In this document: one piece after another, positions 8,885 to 17,798 of the stretch
Layout: the number at the start of each line of letters is the position of its first letter
How positions within the stretch are numbered: position 1 is the stretch's first letter
NCBI GenBank assembly: GCA_964609585.1
Contig: CAZSRA010000003.1
Location: forward strand, 35,405-99,404
Direction of reading: 5' to 3'
DNA: 64,000 nt
Origin: an uncultured Candidatus Saccharimonadales bacterium
GTDB taxonomy: Bacteria; Patescibacteriota; Saccharimonadia; UBA4664
Notes under the pieces: model-generated
Databases searched by the model: none
The model's input: only the letters and a program-made list of their open reading frames with translations
What the model was told of the DNA's origin: nothing
Position numbers and translations under genes: made by a program

Positions 8885-10726
8885 TCAAGACAACGTCCAC
8901 TGCCATGAAGGAGCTGCTGAGTAGGTAAGCGTGATTGATTTACCGCTCGGCACAAACACCATGGCGGGTGTGGCGGTAAATAAGGTGGTGCCATCGACGG
9001 CAATCCCTGTAACCGTCCCACCGGTAATCGTCACGGCAGCATCGCGCCAGAAGGGGTTTTTAAATGAAGTAGTAGAAGATGGTACCGATGGCGCCGTCAC
9101 ATGCCCGGGTGCTTGGTCGGTATTTATAATCTTTAGGTTGGCTGCACCATTTACGGCTGTACTACTAGGGCTATTGAGCGCAGTGTTCAGAGTGCCACCA
9201 TCCGTGCCATTTGCACCGATGTAAATAGTACCGCTACCACCATTATTGGGGTCATCCACAATCGCGCCACTCTCCGGCTCAATGTCAGCGCATAGGATAT
9301 CTAGCTTCATGATTCCGGGACTGGCAAAGGCGATGCACTTGTGACAGTTTTCAATTGAGGCATAGCTAATGATATTACGGTGAGGAGCACCCGACGATGG
9401 CCAGATCACAAGGCCGTCATAGCAGTTAATCAATCGCAGAGAGTTAGCCTGCACGTGCTCTTGGATGATGAGTCCGTACACCAGTCCCTCGCATGAATAG
9501 TAACCAATATTGCACATATCGTTGTTATTTGTCTGGGGCATATTGAGTCCGAACGACCAGTTTGGGGCCGGTATTGTGGGAGCTCCTGTGGCCGTCGATC
9601 GAGCCAGGACGGAAGCGTTCACTACATTCACCTCAGCCATTCCCTGAAAATCAAACCCAGATATATTGCCATTCTGGGGGACTTCTATCGTTATGCCGTC
9701 AACGACAACAAGCATGTTGTTCCATCTATTCGTGGCACCGCCATATTGATGAGCAGCATCACCGCCACCCTGGGCATTGGGCCCACCGATCACCGACACC
9801 GCACCGGTAGCGGGAAGGCCGGCACCGGCATCGTAGGTCGTGCGTAGCACCGCACCAGCTTCTTGAGGTACTGTCTGGAGCCAGTGATACAGCGCAGTCG
9901 CATCGGCTGTACCTTTTAAGACCAATATAAATTTCTGCTTGTGAATGAGATGCGGCGAATTCGGATCTGCGGGATTGCTCAGGTCTGAACTTTCGGGAAC
10001 AATCGGCAGTGGAATCTGGGCGCTACCATAGGTGGTGCCGCCTGTTATCGGATTACCAGCGATCAAATACACGGCAGGAGGAAAATAAATCTCGGCGTAG
10101 TTGGTGCCATCCGCAACGCCTGCGGCAAATGCCGCGCTTATGACAGCGTTAATGGCGGCCGTGTCGTCGGTGACGCCGTCCCCTTTTACGCCATAATCTT
10201 TTACGTTATACACGCCGGCTTGGGACGACAGCGAAGTCCAGTTTGTGAGGCTAAAGCTCGCTCCACTGGTAAAAGATGTCGTGGCCACATAGCTGCTGCC
10301 AGCAAAGGTTACGAGATCGTTTGCGACATAGGCGGTTGACGGCGCCCAGGCCCCGCGGTAACGAAGGTTTGCGAGCACATTTCCAAGCTGGCCGGCTGGG
10401 ACTTGGGCTGAGCCGTCGAGACTAGCGTAACCGCCAGCAATGCCCTTATTGGTCGACAGCTCTTTGGCTGCGAGGTCTGTAGTGAGGCCGGCCACTGCAG
10501 ATTCGGGGAAGGCGGCGGCGGGAACAACGGGTGCGCTCGTGAAGGTTTTCGCGCCAGCGATGGTTTCACTGCCAGTATTGTGGACGACCGCTGAATCGTT
10601 GGCCTTGGTGCCAATGCTGCCGGATGGTTTGAGGGTGCCATCGGCATCATGCTCGACACTAAGGTAATCATTGAGAATACCACCCCAGACGCCTGCATCC
10701 TGACCGGGTTGCGGGAGACGAGCCAT
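8885..10726 (-). CDS. Tailspike/tail-fibre-like protein with pectate-lyase-3-type beta-helix
   Basis: N-terminal MARLPQPGQDAGVWGGILNDYLSVEHDADGTLK; fibre-type segments VVHNTGSETIAGAKTF and NKGIAGGYASLDG; YRGAWAPSTAY module; YNVKDYGVKGDGVTDDTAAI. Confidence 0.75.
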   Translation of the reverse strand: MARLPQPGQDAGVWGGILNDYLSVEHDADGTLKPSGSIGTKANDSAVVHNTGSETIAGAKTFTSAPVVPAAAFPESAVAGLTTDLAAKELSTNKGIAGGYASLDGSAQVPAGQLGNVLANLRYRGAWAPSTAYVANDLVTFAGSSYVATTSFTSGASFSLTNWTSLSSQAGVYNVKDYGVKGDGVTDDTAAINAVISAAFAAGVADGTNYAEIYFPPAVYLIAGNPITGGTTYGSAQIPLPIVPESSDLSNPADPNSPHLIHKQKFILVLKGTADATALYHWLQTVPQEAGAVLRTTYDAGAGLPATGAVSVIGGPNAQGGGDAAHQYGGATNRWNNMLVVVDGITIEVPQNGNISGFDFQGMAEVNVVNASVLARSTATGAPTIPAPNWSFGLNMPQTNNNDMCNIGYYSCEGLVYGLIIQEHVQANSLRLINCYDGLVIWPSSGAPHRNIISYASIENCHKCIAFASPGIMKLDILCADIEPESGAIVDDPNNGGSGTIYIGANGTDGGTLNTALNSPSSTAVNGAANLKIINTDQAPGHVTAPSVPSSTTSFKNPFWRDAAVTITGGTVTGIAVDGTTLFTATPAMVFVPSGKSITLTYSAAPSWQWTLS

Positions 10727-10796
10727 AAGAACGCACCTTCCAACGAGTTAGTACCTCTTATGCTAATGGACGGCTCACAAATTGTAAACTGAAGCC

Positions 10797-11912
10797 TTAT
10801 TTTGATGTAGGTGGATATTTTGGGAGAAAATATCCCGCGAGGAGAGTGGCGATAGGTACCGCGAGAATCAGGGCCAAACTACCAATGAGTGATCTAACGA
10901 TTTCCTCCATGACAAGTTCAGAGTTTAGCGTAAACCATAGCGGTAAATTTAATACAGCAGCAACATAAACGATGAAGATAAGCGACGTCCCGGCATAGGC
11001 TAGGACGAGTGTGTTAATGAGCGAAGAAATATGTTCACGGCCGACTTTCATGGCGCGCCGGTAGAGTTCTCGCCAATTTAGGCTGGGGCTAGCATGGTGA
11101 AGCTGTTCTACGATCGCAGCCTGGCCAACAGTGATATCATCGAGGACGCCAAGCACACCAATCATGATGCCACCGAGCAAGAGGCCTTGGAGGTTTAGAT
11201 TGGGAACCTGCTGATGAAGGTAGGATGTATCTTCGGTAGCAATGCCATTCAAATGGGCAGCGGAGACTGCCAAGATGGATACTCCAGCTGCTAAAAGGAG
11301 CGTAAGGTAGGTGCTAATGAGGGCTAGCGTGGTGCGACGGCTGAAACCATGAGCAAAATATATGCCGAGGCCAGCAATGATGAAGCTGCCGCCAAGAGCA
11401 ATGGGATAGGGATTGCGGCCTTGCAAGATTTGCGGTACTACGAATCCGCCGATGACAGCCAAGCTAATAGCAAGGCCAATAATTGAACCAAGGCCACGCC
11501 AACCGGCAAAGATGACGGCGAGCACTATAACGATGCTTAGCAATAAACCGGCGGTTGGCAGCCGATAATGATCGAGAACGGAGTAGGTGGGACCACCAGG
11601 CTTATCGATGCTTGGGGTGCGCACGATCACAACGATGTCCCCGGTGTGGTAAATCGGCATGGTGAGATCGCTGGAACTGTTGAACCCAACGGTACCGGCA
11701 GATACGATCTTGCCGGTATCTGGGCCGTTTAGAATTTGAATCGAGATGGCAGCTTGGCTACTTGAGTCTGATTGGGCCGCAGTGGCTACGATTTTAGCCC
11801 GGTAATAACTGAGGCTGGTTTGATCAGCAAACGCCGGCATCGCCCAAAAGAGCAAAGTGCTGAGACCGAGTATGAATGAGGCAAGGGCTCTGGGCATAGC
11901 TCTATCATACAA
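10797..11912 (-). CDS. YibE/F family membrane protein
   Basis: GVLDDITVGQA, GREHISSLINTLVLAYAG, EEIVRSLIGS. Confidence 0.9.
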   Translation of the reverse strand: MYDRAMPRALASFILGLSTLLFWAMPAFADQTSLSYYRAKIVATAAQSDSSSQAAISIQILNGPDTGKIVSAGTVGFNSSSDLTMPIYHTGDIVVIVRTPSIDKPGGPTYSVLDHYRLPTAGLLLSIVIVLAVIFAGWRGLGSIIGLAISLAVIGGFVVPQILQGRNPYPIALGGSFIIAGLGIYFAHGFSRRTTLALISTYLTLLLAAGVSILAVSAAHLNGIATEDTSYLHQQVPNLNLQGLLLGGIMIGVLGVLDDITVGQAAIVEQLHHASPSLNWRELYRRAMKVGREHISSLINTLVLAYAGTSLIFIVYVAAVLNLPLWFTLNSELVMEEIVRSLIGSLALILAVPIATLLAGYFLPKYPPTSK

Positions 11913-11920
11913 GATGGTGT

Positions 11921-13726
11921 TTAGTGCGTCAGGAAAGGTTCGTCTTTGGTCTCGGCCTGGCCAAGTTCTACGGCTAGCTCATCGCCGGCCTGGGTGACGC
12001 GGTCGGATGCGGGTTTAGCGGATTTGCGCAAGGGGATTTCTTTGAGGAACAGGGTTACAACTAGCGCGGCAGAAGCCACGAGGGCGCTTATGAAGAAAAC
12101 GTGGCTCACCGACAGAGCAAAGGCGTCTTTGGCAATAGTGATGAAGGTGGTAAAGGCCTGCGTGGCGCTTGCCTGGGCGGGAGCGGGAAGGGCGGCAATG
12201 CTTTCGGTAACTTTGGCCTGTCCGGTGGTGGAGAGGAGGCCCTGGAGTAGGTTGGGGTTGGTGACATCAAGACCATGCTTAGCTGCGGCCTGGGCATAGG
12301 CGGTAGAGCTGAGCCCCGCAGCATTTTGGGCGAAGGTGTTATTGAAGACGGCACCCAGAACAGCAGTACCTACGGTACCACCAATGTTACGAAAGAGCTG
12401 AGTAGAAGCCGTGACGACGCCCATTTTGGTACGGTCAAAGGCGTTTTGGACGGCAATGTTAAATACTGGCATGGAGAGGCCGAGACTGGCTCCAAGCGTT
12501 ACCATGCGAATGACGAGCTGGAGGTGGCTAGTATCGGGAGTGAGGTGGCTCAGCCAAAGCAGGCTGCCAACGAGGAGAGCGGCCCCGGTGATGGCAACGA
12601 TACGATACCTGCCAGTGCGGGCTATGATTTGGCCGGAGATAACAGAAGCGCCAATGAGGCCTACCATAAGGGGCGTAAGGATGGTGCCCGAATCGGTGGC
12701 TGAGATGCCCTGGGCAAGTTGACCGAAGAGCGGGATGAACACAATGGCGCCGAACATGGCGGCACCCGTTAGGAAGGTAACGGCGACGGAAGTTGAGAAG
12801 ATGGAGTTTTCAAATAGGCTCAATGGCATGATGGGTTCTTTCGCTTTGTGCTCGGCCCATAAGAAGCCCAAGAGAGAAACGGTGCCGAAGGCGAAGAGTC
12901 CAATGATGGCGCTTGAGTTCCAGGCATATTGACGACCACCCCAAGACAGGGCCATGAGCAGTGGCACGAGTGTCCCAATGAGGAGTCCGGCACCCCAAAA
13001 GTCGATCACTTTATCTTTGATGGTTGAGACTACTTTTGGCATGAGGAAGCCAATGAAGCCTAGTGCGATAAGGCCAAGTGGGATGTTTACGCAAAAGACA
13101 GCGCGCCAGGAAGCATGGTCAGTGAGGAAACCACCCAGAGCTGGACCAATGACGGAAGCTAGCCCGAAAACACCACCGAGCACGCCCTGCCATTTCGCGC
13201 GTTCGGCTGGGTCGAATAGATCTCCGATGATGGCGAAAGCATTGCCCATGATGGCCCCGCCGCCAATGCCCTGGAGGGCGCGAAAGGCGATGAGCTCAAC
13301 CATATTTTGGCTAAGCCCACACAAGATGGAGCCGAGGAGGAAAATGAGGATGCCACTAAAAAAGAACCATTTGCGCCCGTAGAGGTCGGAAAGTTTACCG
13401 TAAATGGGCACGGTGACGGTGGAAGCGAGCATGTAGGCGGTAACAACCCACGTGAGATGGTCAGCGCCGCCGAGCTCACGGACAATGCGCGGCAAGGCTG
13501 TGCCGACAATGGTTTGGTCGAGGGCAGCCAGGAGCATGGCGAGGATGACGCCGATCATGGTGATGGTCTTGCGTCTCGGGTGCAGGTCGGCGAATGAGGT
13601 GACGTGTTCCGTGGTTGGGGTGACCGACGGCACGGTTGGTGTTTCAGCTGGGACGGGCGCCGTTGCTTTTGCTGGAGCGGCTGACTCCACGGTCTTGGAT
13701 TTTATGATTCCATCGAGCAGGGGCAT
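11921..13726 (-). CDS. DHA2 (EmrB/QacA) MFS efflux transporter
   Basis: LAALDQTIVGTALP, GKLSDLYGRK, FRALQGIGGG, about 14 TM segments. Confidence 0.93.
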   Translation of the reverse strand: MPLLDGIIKSKTVESAAPAKATAPVPAETPTVPSVTPTTEHVTSFADLHPRRKTITMIGVILAMLLAALDQTIVGTALPRIVRELGGADHLTWVVTAYMLASTVTVPIYGKLSDLYGRKWFFFSGILIFLLGSILCGLSQNMVELIAFRALQGIGGGAIMGNAFAIIGDLFDPAERAKWQGVLGGVFGLASVIGPALGGFLTDHASWRAVFCVNIPLGLIALGFIGFLMPKVVSTIKDKVIDFWGAGLLIGTLVPLLMALSWGGRQYAWNSSAIIGLFAFGTVSLLGFLWAEHKAKEPIMPLSLFENSIFSTSVAVTFLTGAAMFGAIVFIPLFGQLAQGISATDSGTILTPLMVGLIGASVISGQIIARTGRYRIVAITGAALLVGSLLWLSHLTPDTSHLQLVIRMVTLGASLGLSMPVFNIAVQNAFDRTKMGVVTASTQLFRNIGGTVGTAVLGAVFNNTFAQNAAGLSSTAYAQAAAKHGLDVTNPNLLQGLLSTTGQAKVTESIAALPAPAQASATQAFTTFITIAKDAFALSVSHVFFISALVASAALVVTLFLKEIPLRKSAKPASDRVTQAGDELAVELGQAETKDEPFLTH

Positions 13727-13743
13727 GGGGTGGTTCCTTTTAT

Positions 13744-14199
13744 TTAGTGTTGGGCTGGGTTGGGTTTTTCTTCGAGTACGGTTGCAAACTTCTCGGTAGC
13801 TGTGATCATGGCATCCACTTCGGCGTCGGTGAGTCGAGCCATCACGGCACGAAGGCGTTCACGCTTGAGAGCGCGGAGTTGGCTGGTAGTCTCAAGGCCA
13901 GTGGCGCTTAGGTGCAGACGAATAACTCTACGGTCTTGCTCGTCTGAGCGGCGCTCAAGGAAGCCGCGTCGAAACAAGGTATCGACCGTTTGGGTAATGG
14001 CGCTTTGGGTAAGCGTTAGCCTGCCAGCGAGTTCGCCCGTGGTTTGGCCTGGTTTTAGGGCAAGCATCATGAGGATCTCGAGCTGAGTGCGCGTGAGCTG
14101 AAGATGCTCGCCAAGATGTTTGCGAGCACTATGGGCTGCTCGACTTACATTGTCTATGGCAGCTTCGAGACGTTTTAAATTGTAGTCTAGTTTATCCAC
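13744..14199 (-). CDS. MarR family regulator
   Basis: LTRTQLEIL...QSAITQTVDTL...DEQDRRVIRLHLS. Confidence 0.9.
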   Translation of the reverse strand: MDKLDYNLKRLEAAIDNVSRAAHSARKHLGEHLQLTRTQLEILMMLALKPGQTTGELAGRLTLTQSAITQTVDTLFRRGFLERRSDEQDRRVIRLHLSATGLETTSQLRALKRERLRAVMARLTDAEVDAMITATEKFATVLEEKPNPAQH

Positions 14200-14203
14200 A
14201 GAT

Positions 14204-14239
14204 ACTAATCATATTAGTCTCTAATGTAATTCTTGTCAA
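14204..14239 (-). promoter_or_regulatory. marR promoter with overlapping palindromic operator
   Basis: Minus-strand TTGACA (14239-14234), 17 bp, TAATAT; palindrome ACTAAT-CAT-ATTAGT at 14204-14218. Confidence 0.65.
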
Positions 14240-14340
14240 ATGAACTGCTCATTTCATGAGGGAGGCCATTTGATATTTAGTAATAAAAATTGCTTAATGT
14301 AGCCTATAACGGTAAAATGTGAACGTAATAGGTTCACAAT

Positions 14341-15651
14341 ATGCCTCAAACAACATCAGCTCGAAAGGATCAATTGGCGCTGCAACAGCTTCGCCAAGCT
14401 TTGGTTTCGGTAGCTGGCCTAGTGGGGCGGCCAGTACTGCTTTCTGGTGGCAATGAGGTCGGCACGATCGTGGACCTGGTTTGCCGGTGGGACTTGAGCC
14501 AGTCATACCCGGCTATTGCTGGCGTGATTGTGCGGGTAGGTCGGCGCCGCAGTTGGGTGGGAATGAAGCGGGTTGCCGAAATAAAACGCGATAGCGTAGT
14601 GCTCGGGACTTCAAAATTGGACCTGAAAGACTTCGCACTGCGTGAAGGTGAAGCCCTGTTGATGCGAGACGTGGTGGATCACCAGATGATCGACATTAAC
14701 GGAGTGCGGGTGGTGCGGGCGGCCGATTTATACATTGCGTCGGTCAAGGATCAGTACCGGCTAGTGGGAGTTGATACCAGTTTCTCGGCGCTATTGCGGC
14801 GGCTGGGTCCAGCGCGGTGGCGGTCGGTGGCTGCACCGAAGGCGGTCATTAACTGGGCGCAGGTACAAAGCTTTGGTCAGCAATCGAGCGGCAAGGGTCT
14901 CCAAGCGGCCTCACCAATGAAGGAGCTGGCGCATTTGCGGCCGGGTGAAGTGGCCGATTTACTCGAAGACTTGGGCCGGGATGAGCGTCAGGAATTGCTC
15001 GAGGCTTTGGACCCAGAGGCAGCGGCGGACGCGCTCGAGGAAATGCAGCCGAAAGAGCTGGAGGGTTTGTTGCGAGAGGCGGATTTGCGTGATGCGGCCG
15101 AGCTGGTGGCCCACATGGAGCCAGACGAGGCGGCGGATGCGTTGCGTGATTTTGGTGCACAGGAGCGGGAAGATTTAATGCAGCATTTGCCGAAGACGGC
15201 GGCTCGTCAGATTGATCAAGTTTTGGCCCACGATGAAAACGAAGCGGGCGGTCTGATGACAACGACGATCATGACGGCTCAAGCTCGTGAAAAGGTAGCG
15301 GATGTACGGCGCCGATTTCAGGGGCTTGATCATGATGCCGGGGAGCTTGGCGCGGTGATTGTCGTGGATGCGGCGGGCAAGCTGATTGACGACATTCAGG
15401 TGGGCGAATTGTTTGTGGCGGACCCGCAGCAAGCTTTGAGTGAGTTAACGCGTCCGCCGGAGCCCGTGACAGTATTGCCGGACACGCCACTCGATGAGGT
15501 AGTGGAGCTGTTGATTGCGGGTCGTAGTTCGTCGATTGTGGTGGTAGATGCCGAGCACCGGCCGATCGGGCGGATTTTGGCCGATGATATTGTGGACGCG
15601 CTGATTTCTTCGCGTCGCGGACGGTTTCATTTCCCGAGGATGCTCGAATGA
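14341..15651 (+). CDS. Soluble MgtE-like protein (PRC-barrel-like region + MgtE N-terminal + CBS pair, no membrane domain)
   Basis: DHQMIDINGVRVVR, HLRPGEVADLLEDL, MEPDEAADAL, AGGLMTT, CBS repeats. Confidence 0.82.
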   Translation: MPQTTSARKDQLALQQLRQALVSVAGLVGRPVLLSGGNEVGTIVDLVCRWDLSQSYPAIAGVIVRVGRRRSWVGMKRVAEIKRDSVVLGTSKLDLKDFALREGEALLMRDVVDHQMIDINGVRVVRAADLYIASVKDQYRLVGVDTSFSALLRRLGPARWRSVAAPKAVINWAQVQSFGQQSSGKGLQAASPMKELAHLRPGEVADLLEDLGRDERQELLEALDPEAAADALEEMQPKELEGLLREADLRDAAELVAHMEPDEAADALRDFGAQEREDLMQHLPKTAARQIDQVLAHDENEAGGLMTTTIMTAQAREKVADVRRRFQGLDHDAGELGAVIVVDAAGKLIDDIQVGELFVADPQQALSELTRPPEPVTVLPDTPLDEVVELLIAGRSSSIVVVDAEHRPIGRILADDIVDALISSRRGRFHFPRMLE

Positions 15652-16898
15652 TTCGCAAGATGCGATCGCTGATATCCGGGCGCTTTTTGGCGATTTTGGC
15701 ACTGGCTGGGCCGGGGCTTATCGCCGCCAACGCCGGTAATGATGCTGGCGGTATCGCCACATACGCTTCGGCTGGGGCGCAATTTGGCTACCGGACGCTA
15801 TTTTTCATGCTACTTGTCACGGTGGGCTTGGTGGTTGTTCAGGAAATGTGCGCCCGGCTGGGAGCTTATACGGGCGAGGGGCTGGGGTCGCTCATTCGTG
15901 AGCAATTTTCTTTGCGCGTAACGGCATTTGCGATGACTGCGTTCATTGTAGCCAATATAGGCCTGGTAGTGAGTGAATTTGCAGGAATTGCAGCGGCACT
16001 GGAATTGTTTGGTGTGAGCCGGTACGTATCGATTCCACTCTCGGCAGTGGCGATTTGGGCGCTCGTGGTATACGGCACCTACCGGAATGCGGAACGGCTG
16101 TTCTTGCTGCTATCGCTGGCTTTTTTGGCCTACCCCGTGGCGGCGGTGCTGGCCCATCCGCACTGGGGCGAGGTTGCGAGCCAACTGGCACTCCCCCATT
16201 TTGTATGGTCGCACGACTTTTTGTTTTTGGGGGTGGCACTGATTGGAACGACGATTACACCGTACATGCAGTTTTATATTGCGGCGGCGGTGGCCGATAA
16301 GGGCATTGGGCCGAGTGAGTACGCAAGCGAGCGGATCGACACCGTAGCGGGATCGATTTTTGCGAACCTTATTAGCATGTTTATTATTATTGCCACAGCA
16401 GCTGCGGTAGTGCACCGGGGCCCGTTAGCTAGCGCAGCCGAGGCGGCAATGGCGCTCAAACCCGTGGCGGGAGCGTTTGCGGGGCAGTTATTTGGTTTTG
16501 GACTGTTCGGCGCGAGTATGCTGGCAGCGGCGATTGTGCCGCTGTCGACGGCGTATGCGATTAGCGAAGCTGTGGGTGCGGAGCGAAGCGTGGGGAAACG
16601 TTTCCAGGAGGCGCCGCTGTTTTTGGGGATTTTTACGGGACAGATTGTGCTGGGAGCGGCGGTCGCGATGATTCCAGGCAACCTGATTGCTACCTTAATC
16701 CGGGCGCAGGTACTAAATGGGATTATTACGCCAATTTTGCTAACGTTTGTGCTTATTTTGGCCAACCGGCGAAGCGTACTAGGTGACGCGGCCAATGGAC
16801 GGGCTTACCGAGCTGTGGCCACGGTCTGCGTGGTACTGGTAGGTTTGCTTGCAGCAATTGTCCTGGTGCAGTCGGTTTTTAGCTGGTTTGGCCTTTAA
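15648..16898 (+). CDS. NRAMP-family divalent metal transporter
   Basis: GPGLIAANAGNDAGGIATY, QEMCARLG, GTTITPYMQF; ATGA overlap with upstream gene. Confidence 0.9.
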   Translation: MIRKMRSLISGRFLAILALAGPGLIAANAGNDAGGIATYASAGAQFGYRTLFFMLLVTVGLVVVQEMCARLGAYTGEGLGSLIREQFSLRVTAFAMTAFIVANIGLVVSEFAGIAAALELFGVSRYVSIPLSAVAIWALVVYGTYRNAERLFLLLSLAFLAYPVAAVLAHPHWGEVASQLALPHFVWSHDFLFLGVALIGTTITPYMQFYIAAAVADKGIGPSEYASERIDTVAGSIFANLISMFIIIATAAAVVHRGPLASAAEAAMALKPVAGAFAGQLFGFGLFGASMLAAAIVPLSTAYAISEAVGAERSVGKRFQEAPLFLGIFTGQIVLGAAVAMIPGNLIATLIRAQVLNGIITPILLTFVLILANRRSVLGDAANGRAYRAVATVCVVLVGLLAAIVLVQSVFSWFGL

Positions 16899-16905
16899 CC
16901 GAAAA

Positions 16906-17493
16906 CTATTTTCTATAGAGTTCGAGGACTCGTCCGCTATCTTTTGCTACTAGTTGAGCGATCACCAGCGAAATACTACCCGATATGAGCATCTGCATGC
17001 TAAGATTTCCCCCCAGAATGATGCTAAAGAGAAAAAGTACGCCTAAAAAGACTTTGAGGTAGGCGAGAATGAAGAAGTAATAGTCTAAGTGGAGCCACAT
17101 ATAAATGAGGTAGTGTGTGCCTTCGCAAATCATAAGAATACCTACGAGCGCCGCCGGGCTTGAGTGTTGCAAGAAGATTAGGATGGGAATCGCCGCCATT
17201 TCAATGGCGGGCGCAACCGCGGCGAGCACCGTATATGGGCTCTTAATGAGCCAAGCGGTGTGGCGCAACTTTCCGATGAGTATAGCTAGAATGGGCACCA
17301 AGATCCCACCATAGACAACCCAGGTGATTTTAAAGGCGGGTATCGCAAAGCCAAAGAACGCGCCAGCGAGCCAAAATAGCGTGCCAGCGAGCAAAAAGGA
17401 ACTGCCGCTTTTGGTTTCGCGTATAAATCTTTCTAATTCGGGTCGAATTAAGGTATGAGGATCAGCAACTTTAGGAATGAAAGGTATGCGCAT
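16906..17493 (-). CDS. Hypothetical multi-pass membrane protein
   Basis: 195-aa ORF with about 6 hydrophobic segments. Confidence 0.7.
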   Translation of the reverse strand: MRIPFIPKVADPHTLIRPELERFIRETKSGSSFLLAGTLFWLAGAFFGFAIPAFKITWVVYGGILVPILAILIGKLRHTAWLIKSPYTVLAAVAPAIEMAAIPILIFLQHSSPAALVGILMICEGTHYLIYMWLHLDYYFFILAYLKVFLGVLFLFSIILGGNLSMQMLISGSISLVIAQLVAKDSGRVLELYRK

Positions 17494-17627
17494 CTTGCGG
17501 GTATTGTATAGGTTTGGCTTGATTTTACCAATCCGGGAGCGTGAGTTTTGCTGGCACTCAGCCGACTCTCAAGGTGGTTTATTATTATGATTAAAGAGAC
17601 GAAAAATAGTGGCCGAAAGGAGTGCGT

Positions 17628-17798
17628 GTGAGGTTTTTGGTAGCTTATGTAGATCCGGGTACCGGTAGCTTTGTATTGCAAGCGGTTGTAGGGGCCGTGA
17701 TGGGAGTGGGCTATATGATTCGCGGCCGCGTCCGGTTTATTATCGCTAAACTGCGGCGCAAAAAAACTAGTGAAAGCGTTAAGCCAGTTTCATTGTGA
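17628..17798 (+). CDS. Small membrane protein with AYxDPGTGS motif (56 aa, absent from ORF track)
   Basis: AAGGAG RBS, GTG start; MRFLVAYVDPGTGSFVLQAVVGAVMGVGYMIRGRVRFIIAKLRRKKTSESVKPVSL; stop overlaps next start (GTGA). Confidence 0.8.
   Translation: MRFLVAYVDPGTGSFVLQAVVGAVMGVGYMIRGRVRFIIAKLRRKKTSESVKPVSL

Noticed and set aside
8885-10726. Prophage
   Set aside because: No capsid, terminase, portal or integrase genes nearby
14192-14200. Exact DnaA box TTATCCACA
   Set aside because: Single copy overlapping the marR start codon with no origin context
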